Shown here: positions 32,458 through 42,923 of the stretch, in pieces
How the letters are laid out: each line of letters begins with the position of its first letter
Position numbering within the stretch: position 1 is the stretch's first letter
DNA from: an uncultured delta proteobacterium
GTDB lineage: Bacteria > Myxococcota_A > Polyangia > Polyangiales > B10-G4
Assembly (NCBI GenBank): GCA_963727445.1
Contig: CAVSGI010000006.1
Span: 512,001 to 576,000 of the forward strand
Direction: 5' to 3'
Length of the DNA: 64,000 nt
Translations under genes and position numbers: made by a program
The notes under the pieces: generated by a model
The model's database searches: none
What the model saw: only the letters and a program-made list of their open reading frames with translations
What the model was told of the DNA's origin: nothing

Positions 32458-33853
32458 ATGAGCACGGAAGACGAAAACACGCGGCCGGATTCTGTCTCCG
32501 CCCGACGACCTGCCGACCGAGCCCACGCGCATCTCCCATCCGCCTTCGACGCCGGGCGGACAAGCGACGCCGGCGCGGCCGGGCTCGAACCGTCCGCCGG
32601 CGCGCCTCGGCAAGACCGTCATGCCACCGGCGACGCCAGGCGTGGGGGTTCGACCAACCCATTCCTCCCGCCCTCCGCGCATGCCCACCGAGCCCGGCAT
32701 CGGCACCGCCCGCACGGGGCCGCCGCCGCTGCCGCCGAGCAAGCGTCCCGCGACAGGCGCCCCCGCCGCCGCGCCCCCCGCTGCGACGCCGCCCGTCGCC
32801 GCGCCGCCCGCCGCCGCGCCGCGCGCTGCCATGCCTGCCGCCGCCACGCCTCCCGCGGCCGTGCCCCCAGCGCGGACTTCGTTGCCCGAGATGAAGCCGC
32901 TGCCGACCCCGCCCCGTTCTCCCTCCGGTCGCCCGATGCCCACCTCCTCGCGGCCGGCGACGAATCCGGCGACCCCCAGGACCTCGACGCCGGTTCGGGC
33001 GTCGCCCGCGCGCGGCACCACCTCCGGCCGCCCGGCGCCTGCGGCCACGCCGGGGAGCGTCCGTCCCTCCGCGCGCCCCATCACCTCCTCGGGGCGCCCC
33101 GCGCCGCTGACCGGGCGCGTGTCGTCCACGCCGCCGCGCACCTCGAGCGTGCCCGGTTCGGTGCTCGAACAGCACGTCGGAAAGATCCGAGCGCGCCTCG
33201 AGCTCCTTGTCGACCGCGTCGAGAAGCTCGAGAAGTCCGAGACCGGGGCGAACGACCGGGTGGCGCGGGACGTGGACTCGCTCAAGCGCGACATGGTGCG
33301 GGTCGCCGCCCTCGCGGAGCGTGGTGGCGCGGTCAAGGACCACCTCAATCGCTTGAGCCGACAGGTCGACGAGCTCACGGGCGGCGCCAAGATGCACAAC
33401 GAGGTCATCAAGCTGGACGCGCGGGTGTCGCGCCTGGCGCGGGAGAGCGAAGACGTTCGCGACCGCCTCGCAGATCGCATCGAGCGGCTCGAGAAGACCC
33501 TCGGGAGCGTCGTCACCGCCATGGACGCGCTGTCGGCGCGTGTCGATGCGCTCGCCGCGGGCGCCGTTGCCGCGCCCGTCGCCGAGGACGCACCCCCGCG
33601 CGCGACGAAGGCCGAAGCCCCCGGAGCCGACGCGGCGACGCCCGAAGGCGGCGCCGACGACCTCCGGCGGATCAAAGGCATCGGACCGAAGTTCGAAAAG
33701 GCGCTCCACGTCGCGGGCGTCCGCCGCTATGCGCAGATCGCCGCCTGGACCGACGCGGACATAGACGCCATGGCCGAACGCATCGGTGTCAAAGCGACTC
33801 GCATCCGCAAAGCGGGATGGGTCGCCAAGGCCAAAGCGCTCCTCGACGGCTGA
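32458..33853 (+). CDS. Pro-rich + coiled-coil protein with C-terminal helix-hairpin-helix domain; probable +1 frameshift at ~32491
   Basis: C-terminal 'DDLRRIKGIGPKFEKAL...QIAAW...WVAKA'. ATG 32458 joins the 32621 frame after removing one T. Confidence 0.75.
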
Positions 33854-33892
33854 GGCCGCCCTGTCTACACTTCCCTGGTCGGGACGAGCGCC

Positions 33893-34390
33893 TTGGCTGA
33901 CGAAGAGACAGACAAAGAAGAGGAGAGGGCGTCCAGCGGCCCGTCTGCCATCGGCAACCGCACCATGCAGGTGGACGCCCTCGTCGAAGAGGTCTCGGGC
34001 GACATCGACGTGCCGAACGACGTCCTGGCGCAGGTGCTACCCGACCCCGGCGTGCCGCAGGTGAGCAAGCCACCGCCGCTTCCCCCGGAGCGAGTGGGCA
34101 AGGGCACCATCATCGCCGGCGTTCTGATCGTCGTTCTCGCCGCCGGAGGCGGGATCATCTTCGGGATGAAGTTCCTCGGCGAGCCCGAGCCGGTCCCCGG
34201 ACCCGACGAGGAAGGCGAGGCCGTCATCGCCGCGCCGACGCCCGAAGCGGAGGAAGAGGAAGCGACCGACGAGGAGCCGGAGTTCGTGCCGATTCAGCTG
34301 GACGAGGTCGTGGTGTCGAGTGACGAAGAGATCCCCGAAGACGAAGTGATCGTCGAAGAGGAGATTGAGGAGACGGCGCCCGAAGAGTGA
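33893..34390 (+). CDS. Small single-TM protein with acidic C-terminus
   Basis: 'PPPLP' motif, one hydrophobic helix, Glu-rich tail. Confidence 0.7.
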   Translation: MADEETDKEEERASSGPSAIGNRTMQVDALVEEVSGDIDVPNDVLAQVLPDPGVPQVSKPPPLPPERVGKGTIIAGVLIVVLAAGGGIIFGMKFLGEPEPVPGPDEEGEAVIAAPTPEAEEEEATDEEPEFVPIQLDEVVVSSDEEIPEDEVIVEEEIEETAPEE

Positions 34391-34394
34391 GCGC

Positions 34395-34904
34395 TCACTC
34401 CGGGTAGCCCGCTTGCTTCCCCATCGCCTCGATCGCCTTCATCAGCTCGTTCTCCCGCGTCTTCAGCTCGGAGCCCTCGAGGCCGAGTGCTGCGAGGGTC
34501 CATTCGCAGCCTTCTTCGATGGTGGAGAAGAAGCTCAGGCGGACTTCGTCGCGGCGCAACAGGAGCAGCCCGCGCAGCAGCGAGCGGACCAGGCTGGTCT
34601 TCAAGCTGTCGCCCACGAGCACCATCGCGCCCGCGACCAGCGCATCCTGATGCGCTCGGACTTGCCGCGACGTCTCCGCGCGGGCCTTGGCGTCGGGGAG
34701 GGCGGCGCCGTAGCTGGTCTCGATGACCGAGACAAATGCGCATCCCTCCGGATAGCGCTCCGCCACGTCGCGGAGCAGGGGCTCGCGCTGCTTCAGGTCC
34801 GAAACGGTGGGGCTGTCGCGATAGTAGAGCAGACCGACGTTTCGGCACGCGCCGTAGCAGATCCCGGGGCGCACCGGCAGCACCACGAGATCGTCGCCAC
34901 CCAT
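34395..34904 (-). CDS. Hypothetical STAS/SEC14-like protein
   Basis: 3' part of ORF 34395..35447 from ATG 34904; 'PDAKARAE', 'FFSTIEEGCEW' pattern. Confidence 0.6.
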   Translation of the reverse strand: MGGDDLVVLPVRPGICYGACRNVGLLYYRDSPTVSDLKQREPLLRDVAERYPEGCAFVSVIETSYGAALPDAKARAETSRQVRAHQDALVAGAMVLVGDSLKTSLVRSLLRGLLLLRRDEVRLSFFSTIEEGCEWTLAALGLEGSELKTRENELMKAIEAMGKQAGYPE

Positions 34905-34918
34905 CTGCTGATCATACG

Positions 34919-35362
34919 TCAGTCGGCCTTGCGAAGGGCGACCGCGTTGATGCAATAGCGAAGGCCGGTGGGCTCCGGTCCATCGGGGAAGACGTGGCCG
35001 AGGTGCGCGTCGCAGACGTTGCAGAGCGTCTCGACGCGGACCATCCCGTAGCTGCGGTCGACGTGATAGGCGACCACGTCCTCGGATGCGGGCCGGGTGA
35101 AGGAAGGCCAGCCGGTCCCCGATTCGAACTTCGTCTGCGCGTCGAAGAGGAGCGTGCCGCAGCACACACACGCATAACGGCCCGGCTCGAAGAGCGAGCA
35201 CATCTCGGAGCTGAAGGCGCGCTCGGTGCCGTGCTCGCGCGTGACGTGGAAGGCGTCGGGCGAGAGCTGCTCCCGCCACTCGGCCTCGGTCTTTTCCACC
35301 TTGCGAGGGGGTGGTTGGTTGCCGCTCTCCGCGAGCCTCATGACCTCGTTCCAGTCGAGCAT
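34919..35362 (-). CDS. msrB: Peptide-methionine (R)-S-oxide reductase
   Basis: 'GTERAF', 'SGTGWPSF', 'HLGHVFPDGP', 'RYCIN', two CxxC motifs. Confidence 0.96.
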   Translation of the reverse strand: MLDWNEVMRLAESGNQPPPRKVEKTEAEWREQLSPDAFHVTREHGTERAFSSEMCSLFEPGRYACVCCGTLLFDAQTKFESGTGWPSFTRPASEDVVAYHVDRSYGMVRVETLCNVCDAHLGHVFPDGPEPTGLRYCINAVALRKAD

Positions 35363-35445
35363 GAGTGGGATGTAGAGCAAGAGCCCCGCCGCGACAAGCG
35401 GGGTGCCTTGCGCTCTCGGCCTGCCGCGATCGATAGTCGCGCCTC

Positions 35446-36945
35446 ATGGCCGACGAGTCCCCGAAAGAGCCCTACCATCCACCCGAGGGCGCGTCCTCGG
35501 AGCATCAGATCTCCATCCAGAGCCGCGAGGTCCGCTATCGCGCCGTCGCCGACTTCATCGTCCTGCGCGAGCGCGACGAGCCCGTCGCCGAGCTCTTCTA
35601 CTCGGCGTACTTCGCCGAGACCGATGGCGCGAGCGAGCGGCCTCTGGTCTTCCTCTTCAACGGTGGGCCGGGCGCTTCTTCGGCGTACCTGCACGTGGGT
35701 GCGGTCGCGCCCCGGCGGGTGGTCTTCGGCCCGCGGGGCGAGATGCCGCCGCCACCGGTCCGCCTCACCGACAACGAGGAGACCTGGCTCTCCTTCGCCG
35801 ATCTCGTCTTCGTCGATCCCGTCGGTACCGGCTTCAGCTGGACGGTGGAGCAGAAGAAGAAAGGCGAGGGGGCGAAGGCGAGTGGGGACGACGAGAAGAA
35901 CGAGAGCTACTTCGCGCTGAGCAAGGATCTCGACTCGCTCGGCGAGCTGATGACGCGATTTCTGTCAAAGCACCAGCGCTGGGACTCGCCGATCTTCATC
36001 GCGGGAGAGAGCTACGGGGGCTTCCGCGTCGGCAAGCTCGCGCGCTCGCTTCAAGAGCGCTTCGGGATCGGACTCAACGGCGCGATCCTCATTTCGCCCG
36101 CCCTCGAGCTGTCGTGGCTGATGCCCACGGACTACGACGTGATCCCCTTCGTCGACACCTTCCCGACCATGGCGGCGGTGGCGCATCACCACGGCCGCGC
36201 GTCGGCGCTGTCGGCGCAAGCGAGCTTGGAGGAAGTCGTCGCCGCGGCGGAGACCTTCGCGACCACCGAGCTCGCCTCGCTCCTCTTGCGCGGCCCCGGC
36301 CTCGCGCCCGACGTCCACGACCGGGTGCTGACGAAAGCAGCGGCGTTCATCGGGCTCGACCGTGCGTTGGTGGAGGCGATGCAGGGCCGCGTGCCGAAGG
36401 AGCGCTTCTCGCGCGAGCTCCTTCGCGACCAGGGACGGGTCGTCGGCCTCTACGATGGCACGGTGACGGGCCGGGACCCCTTTCCCGATCGCGTGGGCGG
36501 CGAGGGGCCGGACCCGACGCTGTGGGGCCTCGGGCGTCTCTTCGCCAGTGGCATCAATGCGCATCTGCGGCGCGACCTCGGCGTCACGACCGAACGCCAA
36601 TACGAGCTTCTGAGCCTCGACGTGAACCAGGCGTGGAAGGTCGACACCCAGTCCCACGCCTTCGACATGAACGCGAGCGCCACCGACGACCTCCGCTACG
36701 CCATGTCGCTCAACCCGTCCATGCGCGTCTTCATCACTCATGGCAGGTTCGACCTGGTGACGCCTTACTTCACCTCCAACCGCCTCGCGGATCTGATGAA
36801 GCTCGACGCGCCGAGCCGCGCCCGCGTGCTTCTGAAGCACTTCCACGGCGGGCACATGTTCTACGCCTGGGAGAGCTCGCGCCGCGACTTCACGGAAGAG
36901 GTGCGCGCGTTCGTCGAAGGCGCCATCGGAAGCGAGGACGTATGA
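35446..36945 (+). CDS. Peptidase S10 serine carboxypeptidase
   Basis: 'FNGGPGASS', 'DPVGTGFS', 'GESYGG', 'GGHMFY'. Confidence 0.94.
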   Translation: MADESPKEPYHPPEGASSEHQISIQSREVRYRAVADFIVLRERDEPVAELFYSAYFAETDGASERPLVFLFNGGPGASSAYLHVGAVAPRRVVFGPRGEMPPPPVRLTDNEETWLSFADLVFVDPVGTGFSWTVEQKKKGEGAKASGDDEKNESYFALSKDLDSLGELMTRFLSKHQRWDSPIFIAGESYGGFRVGKLARSLQERFGIGLNGAILISPALELSWLMPTDYDVIPFVDTFPTMAAVAHHHGRASALSAQASLEEVVAAAETFATTELASLLLRGPGLAPDVHDRVLTKAAAFIGLDRALVEAMQGRVPKERFSRELLRDQGRVVGLYDGTVTGRDPFPDRVGGEGPDPTLWGLGRLFASGINAHLRRDLGVTTERQYELLSLDVNQAWKVDTQSHAFDMNASATDDLRYAMSLNPSMRVFITHGRFDLVTPYFTSNRLADLMKLDAPSRARVLLKHFHGGHMFYAWESSRRDFTEEVRAFVEGAIGSEDV

Positions 36946-38177
36946 CGAGCCTTCGCTTCACCGCCAGCGCCGTGCTCGCTGTCCTCACCGTTCTCGCCAC
37001 GCCTTCGGTGGGGGACGCCTGCATGCCGGGCTTCGCGCATCCGCAGAAAGAGGTGATCCTCTTCTGGCACGAAGGAGTCGAGATCCTGATCTGGCGTGCC
37101 CGCGTCACGCCGCCGCGTGGCGGGGGGATCGGAGAGGAGCCGCCGCCGGTGCCGAGCCAGCTCGCGTGGGTGTTGGCCGTCCCCTCCGCGCCGCTCGCGT
37201 ATCACGTCGTCGACAACGACGCCTTCGATCGCACCACCTACTGGGCACGAGGCCTCGCGGCCACGCCGCCCATGGGTCGCACGGGTGGTGGCGGCGGGAG
37301 CGACGGTATCGGCGGCCTCGAGGTGGGTGAGACGGTTCACGTCGGAGAGTACGACGTCACGCCCATTCAGGCGGACGCGGAGCAGGCGGCGACCGCGCTC
37401 AACACCTGGCTCCGTCGCAATCACTTCCCCCAAGCCGACGAAACCGCGGTGAGCGCCTATGCGGGCGAGGGGGCGACCTTCCTGGCGGTGAAGGCGCGCG
37501 TTCCCCGTGGGACCAGCACCATGGAGCTTCGCCCCGTGGGCATCGCCTTCCGCACCGACGAGATCGTCTTGCCCATCCGCTTGAGCGCCACCGACGATCC
37601 CTTCGGCTTGAGCGCGGTGGTGGTGACCACCCGCGTTCCCGAGCTTTCGGGGCAGCTCTCGAGCGGCCTCGTCGCTTCTGCCCTTCGTCCGCACCACGCG
37701 ACGGGAGACGCACCCATCGGGCGGGTCTCCATCGTCCCCCACACGAACGTCCCCGCCGAGCTCCGCAGCCTGGTCGCCCCCATCACCTCCGAGGTGCCGG
37801 GCTTCGAGCGGATGCTCTCCGGCTCTCTCGCGGTGAGCATGCTGGAGGCGCAGCCCCTGAGCATCGACGTGAACGCGCCCGATCCGAAGATCGCCCTCGG
37901 ACAGGTCGTCACGCCCAACGCCCCGATCGGCGTCGCGGTCGAAGGCCATTGGGACGAGATGGGCAACTTCGCCATCGGACCGCCGCCCGAGCCCACACCG
38001 CCGCCCGAGGCGACTCCTCCGACCGAGGCGACCGCCAGCGCCGCCGCGGCCACCGACGACGAGGAGGACGATGGCGGCTTCTGTAGCGCGGGCGGGCGTG
38101 CTCGTTTTGGGCCCTTCGGGGCTGCACTCTTCGCCCTCGGGCTCGCTCGCTTTTCCGCCCGGAAGCGACGCCGCTAA
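36942..38177 (+). CDS. DUF2330-like surface protein with MYXO-CTERM-type tail
   Basis: Signal peptide ending 'DAC', 'AWVLAVPS', 'VGEYDV', 'WLRRN', 'LPIRL'; tail 'GGFCSAG...ALFALGL...RKRRR'. Confidence 0.78.
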   Translation: MTSLRFTASAVLAVLTVLATPSVGDACMPGFAHPQKEVILFWHEGVEILIWRARVTPPRGGGIGEEPPPVPSQLAWVLAVPSAPLAYHVVDNDAFDRTTYWARGLAATPPMGRTGGGGGSDGIGGLEVGETVHVGEYDVTPIQADAEQAATALNTWLRRNHFPQADETAVSAYAGEGATFLAVKARVPRGTSTMELRPVGIAFRTDEIVLPIRLSATDDPFGLSAVVVTTRVPELSGQLSSGLVASALRPHHATGDAPIGRVSIVPHTNVPAELRSLVAPITSEVPGFERMLSGSLAVSMLEAQPLSIDVNAPDPKIALGQVVTPNAPIGVAVEGHWDEMGNFAIGPPPEPTPPPEATPPTEATASAAAATDDEEDDGGFCSAGGRARFGPFGAALFALGLARFSARKRRR

Positions 38178-38224
38178 ATTTCTTCCTCTGAAATCACAGC
38201 AGAAATCGTCGTGTCGCGTCCTGG

Positions 38225-38293
38225 GTCACGGTGTGACGCTGGGAGTCACGCCTCCGAGGTGTGGGCGGAAAGGACCGCCCCGTAATCAAGGAG
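38225..38293 (+). promoter_or_regulatory. Triple GTCAC/GTGAC operator-like site, hairpin and RBS
   Basis: GTCAC(38225)-N3-GTGAC(38233)-N7-GTCAC(38245); hairpin GGGCGG-N6-CCGCCC at 38263-38280; AAGGAG at 38288-38293. Confidence 0.45.
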
Positions 38294-38300
38294 ACGACCC

Positions 38301-38855
38301 ATGCGACGATTCATCCCTCTCTTCCTCATGGCCCTCGCGGCCCTCACCTTCACCTCCAGCGCCTCCGCTCAGGACAGCTCAGAGCAGGCCCGCATGTCCC
38401 GCGAGCTCGCCTGCCTCGTCGGCAGCTGGACCGGGAGTGGTCAGGTGCAGATGGGCGGCCAGGAGGTGCCCGTGGAGTTCGAGTACACCTGCCGCTCGGC
38501 GGGAGGCGGCGCCGGCGTCGCATGCCACCTCGAGATGACCGGCATGGAGGGCTTCACCTACCAGTCCGACGACCTGTGGGGCTACGACGCCGGCCGCGGC
38601 CTCGTCCACTGGTACACCGTCACCAACGCCGGCGAGACCCACGACCACAGCGGTCGCGTCGACGGCCGCACCTTCAGGGCGACCTACGTCGGCCGTCGCG
38701 AGGGAAGCCCGATGCGCGAGAACGTGCGCTTCTCCTTCAACAGCCAGAACGAGCTCACCTTCAGCAGCGTCGTCTTCGTCGACCACCAGCGCGTCGAGTC
38801 CTTCGCGGGCGCGGTGACCAAGGAGGCCCGCCGTGCCCAGGCCGATGTTCACTGA
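38301..38855 (+). CDS. Secreted beta-rich protein (DUF1579-like)
   Basis: Strong RBS, signal peptide, 'LVGSWTGSG', 'LWGYDA'. Confidence 0.7.
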   Translation: MRRFIPLFLMALAALTFTSSASAQDSSEQARMSRELACLVGSWTGSGQVQMGGQEVPVEFEYTCRSAGGGAGVACHLEMTGMEGFTYQSDDLWGYDAGRGLVHWYTVTNAGETHDHSGRVDGRTFRATYVGRREGSPMRENVRFSFNSQNELTFSSVVFVDHQRVESFAGAVTKEARRAQADVH

Positions 38856-39681
38856 GCTCGAGCGCGCCGAGGTCGAGGCCTACGTGGACATGTGCCGCGA
38901 AGCGCCTCGAGGAAGCGACGACCCCTGGGCCGAGGCCACCCGTGTCGGCGGAGCGACCGCCCTCGTCGCCACGGGGTTGGCCCCCCAGATGGCGCGCCGG
39001 GTGCTCGGACTGGGCGTCGGCGCGCCGGCGACGAGCAGCGATGTCGACGCGGTGCTCGACTGGATGGCCAAGCGCGCCGACGGCCAGTACGTCGTCGCCC
39101 TCGCCCCCGATGCCCGACCCGGCCGGCTCTACGAGTCGCTCCTCGCCCGTGGCTTCGTTCCGGGGCGCCCGTGGATGAAGTTCCACCGCCTCGCCGCCGA
39201 CCCTCTGCCCACCCTCGACTCGTCGTGCCGGGTCCGGCGGGCCGAGGGCCAGCGAGACGCCATCGCCTTCGCCGACCTCGTGGCCGAGTCCTTCGGGGTG
39301 GGTGAGACCTTCGCCAAATGGATCATGAACCTCGTGGGCCGGCCCGGCTGGGACGTGCTCCTCGCCGCCGACGGCAACGAGATCCTGGGCGCGGGGGCGC
39401 TTCACAGCGGCGGGGCGCTGGGCTGGCTCGGCTTCGGCGCGACCGCTCGCCCACACCGGCAGAGGCGCGTGCACCGGACGCTCTTGTGCGAGCGCATCCG
39501 CCTCGCCGACAGGCGGGGCGTTCGATCGCTGGCGGTGGAGACCGGCGTTCGCGTCCCCGGCGAACCCGACCCCTGCTACCGAAATCTCCTCTGGGCCGGC
39601 TTCGAGGAAGCGTACGTGCGGCCCAATCTGATGTCGCCGGCGCTTCATCGGGCGCGTGTGGCGAAGACGTCTGCGGCGTAG
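38833..39681 (+). CDS. GNAT-fold acetyltransferase-like protein
   Basis: 'WLGFGATARPHRQRRVH', 'YRNLLWAGF..AYVR'. Start may be ATG 38845. Confidence 0.75.
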   Translation: MPRPMFTELERAEVEAYVDMCREAPRGSDDPWAEATRVGGATALVATGLAPQMARRVLGLGVGAPATSSDVDAVLDWMAKRADGQYVVALAPDARPGRLYESLLARGFVPGRPWMKFHRLAADPLPTLDSSCRVRRAEGQRDAIAFADLVAESFGVGETFAKWIMNLVGRPGWDVLLAADGNEILGAGALHSGGALGWLGFGATARPHRQRRVHRTLLCERIRLADRRGVRSLAVETGVRVPGEPDPCYRNLLWAGFEEAYVRPNLMSPALHRARVAKTSAA

Positions 39682-39690
39682 ACTCGAGTC

Positions 39691-42600
39691 GTGTCGGCGA
39701 TGACGGACCTCGTGGGACGAACCCGTGAGCTCGAAGTGCTCCGGCGCATCCTCGACAGCGCCTGCGCCGGCCGGGGCGGCATCTGTCTGGTGGCCGGCGA
39801 GCCGGGGATCGGCAAATCGACCCTCGTCTCGCTCCTGTCGGAAGATGCCGCCGAGCGGGGCGCGTGGCCGGTGTGGGGGCGCTGCTGGGAGTCGGGCGGC
39901 GCGCCGGCGTTCTGGCCGTGGATCGAGATCGTGCGCGAGGTGTTGAGCGCGCTCTCGCAGGAGGAGGCCGCGCGGTGCCTGGGCGCGGGCGCGGGCGTCA
40001 TCGCGTCGCTCGTGCCGGAAGTGGCGGCGGTGACGGAGGTGCGGGAGGTCCCGGCGCTCGAGGCGCACCAGGCGCAGTTCCGTCTCTTCGACGCGGTCGG
40101 CTCTTTCCTGAAGCGTGCGGCACGTGACCGCCCGCTTCTGCTGGTGCTCGAGGATCTGCACGCCGCCGACTCCGCGTCGGTGGCGCTCCTCGACTTCGTC
40201 GCGCGGAGCGCGGCCGGTGCGCCTTTGGCGCTCGTCGGCACCTACCGCGTCGTCGAAGCGCGGGCGGCCGGGCTCTTGACGGATCTCGCGCGTCCCGGGC
40301 GCGCGGCCGAGTCCATCGACCTCGGGCCTCTCGACCGGGCGGCGGTCGCCGAGATCGTCGAGCACGTGACCGGGCGTGCGGGGAGCGAGGCGGTCGTCAC
40401 CCGTGTGTTCGAGGCGAGCGAGGGCAATCCGCTCTTCGCGGTGGAGCTGGCCCGCCTGCTGGCGGGGCAGGACGCCCTCGGCGCGCAGATCCCCCTGCAG
40501 GTGGCGGCGGTGATCGGCGAGCGCGTCAGAAGGCTGCCGGAGCCGACCATCGCGCTCCTGGAGCAGCTCTCGGTCCTGGGCAGGGAGATCAGCCACGTCG
40601 ACGCGAGCGAGCTCACCGGGATGGACGCGCGCGCGCTCGAGGAGACGCTCGCACCCGCGATCGAGGGCGGGCTCGTCGCCAAGCCCACCCCGTCGAACTA
40701 TCGTTTCACCCACGCGCTGGTCCGCGAGGTGCTGCACCACGAGCTCGAAGCGACGGACCGCGCCGCGCTACACGGGCGCATCGCCGACATCCTGGCCGAG
40801 CGTCATCAGGGGGATCCCGACGCGCCCCTGTCGCGGATCGCGCATCACTATCGCGAGTCGGGTCCGGCCCAGGCCGAGGCGACCATCCGCTACTGCGTGC
40901 GCGCCGCCGAGCGCGCGCTGGCCGTCCTCGCGCACGCCGAGGCGGCGGATTCTGTACGACCAGGCCCTGAGTCTGCTCGATGCCGCGATGCCGGACGACA
41001 CCACGCAGCGGGCGGCGCTGCTGTTGTCGCGCGGACATGCGCTCCTGCTCGCAGGGGAGATCGCGGCCGGCGAGGACGCGTGCCGTGATGCGGCGCGCCT
41101 CGCGCGTGGCCTCGGCAGCGCAGAGCTCCTCGCCCGGGCGGCTCTGGAATATGGCGGAAAGTTCACCTTCGGCCACGTCGACGCCGAGTTGGTGGCGCTG
41201 CTCGAGGAGGCCCTCGGCGCGCTCGGTGACGAGGTCTCCGGCCTCCGCGCCCGCGTCCTGGCCCGCCTGTCGGCGGCGAAGCAACCGGCGCTCGACCCCG
41301 AACCGCCGATGCAGATGGCCAGGGACGCGATCGCCCTCGCGCGCGAGCTGGGGGACGAACGAACGCTCCTCTCCGTCGTGCGCTCGGCGGTCTCCGCGCT
41401 GATGGACTACGCCCATCCGAGCGAGCGGATCGCGCTCAACCGCGAGCACATCGCGCTGGCGCGCAAGCTGGGCGAGCCGGTGGAGATCCTCCGCGGCCTG
41501 GGCCGCCTCTTCTTCGACTGTCTGGAGATCGGCGACGTCGAGGGATTCAACGCCGCCGCTGACGATTATGCGCGCGTGGCCGAGTCCCTCGACCACCCCT
41601 CCTTCCGCTGGATCAGCGCGGCCTTCCGCGCGGCGCTCAGAACCATGGCGGGGCGCTTCGACGAGGCGCGCGCGCTTCGAGAGCTGGCGATGGACCTGGG
41701 TCGCGAGAGCGGCGACCCGAATGCTTCCTACACGCTTCAGATCCAGGGATACGCGCTCGGACGGACCAGCTACGACGACGAGGTCCTCCGCGCCTTCAGC
41801 GGCGTGGAGCTGGAGGTCGGGCACCAGATCGCGCGGGAGGTCATGCGCGCGAGCTTCTACTTCGGCGCCCGCCAGTACGATCGCATGGCCGAGTCGGTGG
41901 CTGGCGTCGACATGAGTCGCTGGGCTGCCGCTGCCGACCCTCATCTGTTGGTGCACGCGGCGGAGGTGGCGGTGACGATGGCCGACGAGGCTGCCTGTCG
42001 TGCGCTCCACGCGTCGCTCCTGCCCTTCGAGGATCGCAACGTCTCCTGGGGCATGGTCGGCCTGCACTGCGACGGCCCGGTGGATTACTGGCTCGCGATG
42101 CTCGCCTGGACCTTCGGCGACAGGGCAGAGGGAAGGGCTCGCTTCGAGCGCGCCGCGCAGCGCGCGACCAGCCTGCGGGCACCGCCCATGGTGGCGCGCA
42201 TCCTCTACGAGCACGGCCGGCGTCTCGTCGCCGACCCCGACGCGGAGATGCGAAGCGAGGGCGAGGCGCTGCTGGCGCGAGCGCGCGAGCTCGCCGAGAT
42301 ACACGGGATGGAGGGCCTCGTCCTGCGCATCGAAGAAGAGGGGCGTGAAGCGCCGGCGAAGCCCGAGGCGACAGAGGCGCGTCGCGCGGCGCTGGTTCCC
42401 GCCTTCGAGAGGGAAGGTGACGTCTGGGCCATCGCCTTCGGTGAGCAGACGGTGCGCGTGAAGAGCACCAAGGGGATGGAGATCCTCGCGCGCCTGGTGG
42501 CCGAGCCGGGCCGCGAGTATCACGCCCTCGACCTCGGCGGGGGCGGTCGGGCGGTGGCGCAGGCCTCGACCGGCGAGGTGATCGACGAAAAGGCCCGGGC

Positions 42601-42913
42601 CGCGTACCGGCAACGGATCGTCGAGCTCCGTCAGGAGCTCGAGGAGGCGCGAGAGTGGAACGATGCAGGCCGGACCACGCGCGCCCGGGCCGAGCTCGAG
42701 GCGCTCGAAGCCGAGCTCGCGGGTGCGCTCGGTCTCGGAGGGCGCGCACGCGAGGCGGCGGACGATGCGGAGCGCGCGCGGGTCAACGTGCAAAAGCGCA
42801 TCCGCGCCGCGCAGAAGCGGATCGCAGAGCATCACCCGAGCCTCGCCGAGCATCTCGACCGCACCGTGCGCACCGGGACCTACTGCGCCTACGAGCCGCT
42901 GCCTCTGGGCTGA
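39691..42913 (+). CDS. STAND-type AAA ATPase/TPR transcriptional regulator; +1 frameshift at ~40951
   Basis: 'LVGRTRE', Walker A 'GEPGIGKS', 'LEDLHAAD', 'GNPLF', 'YRFTHAL', C-terminal 'ERARVNV...RTGTYCAY'. The two ORFs join after removing one T. Confidence 0.85.
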
Positions 42914-42923
42914 GGGCGGTCGC

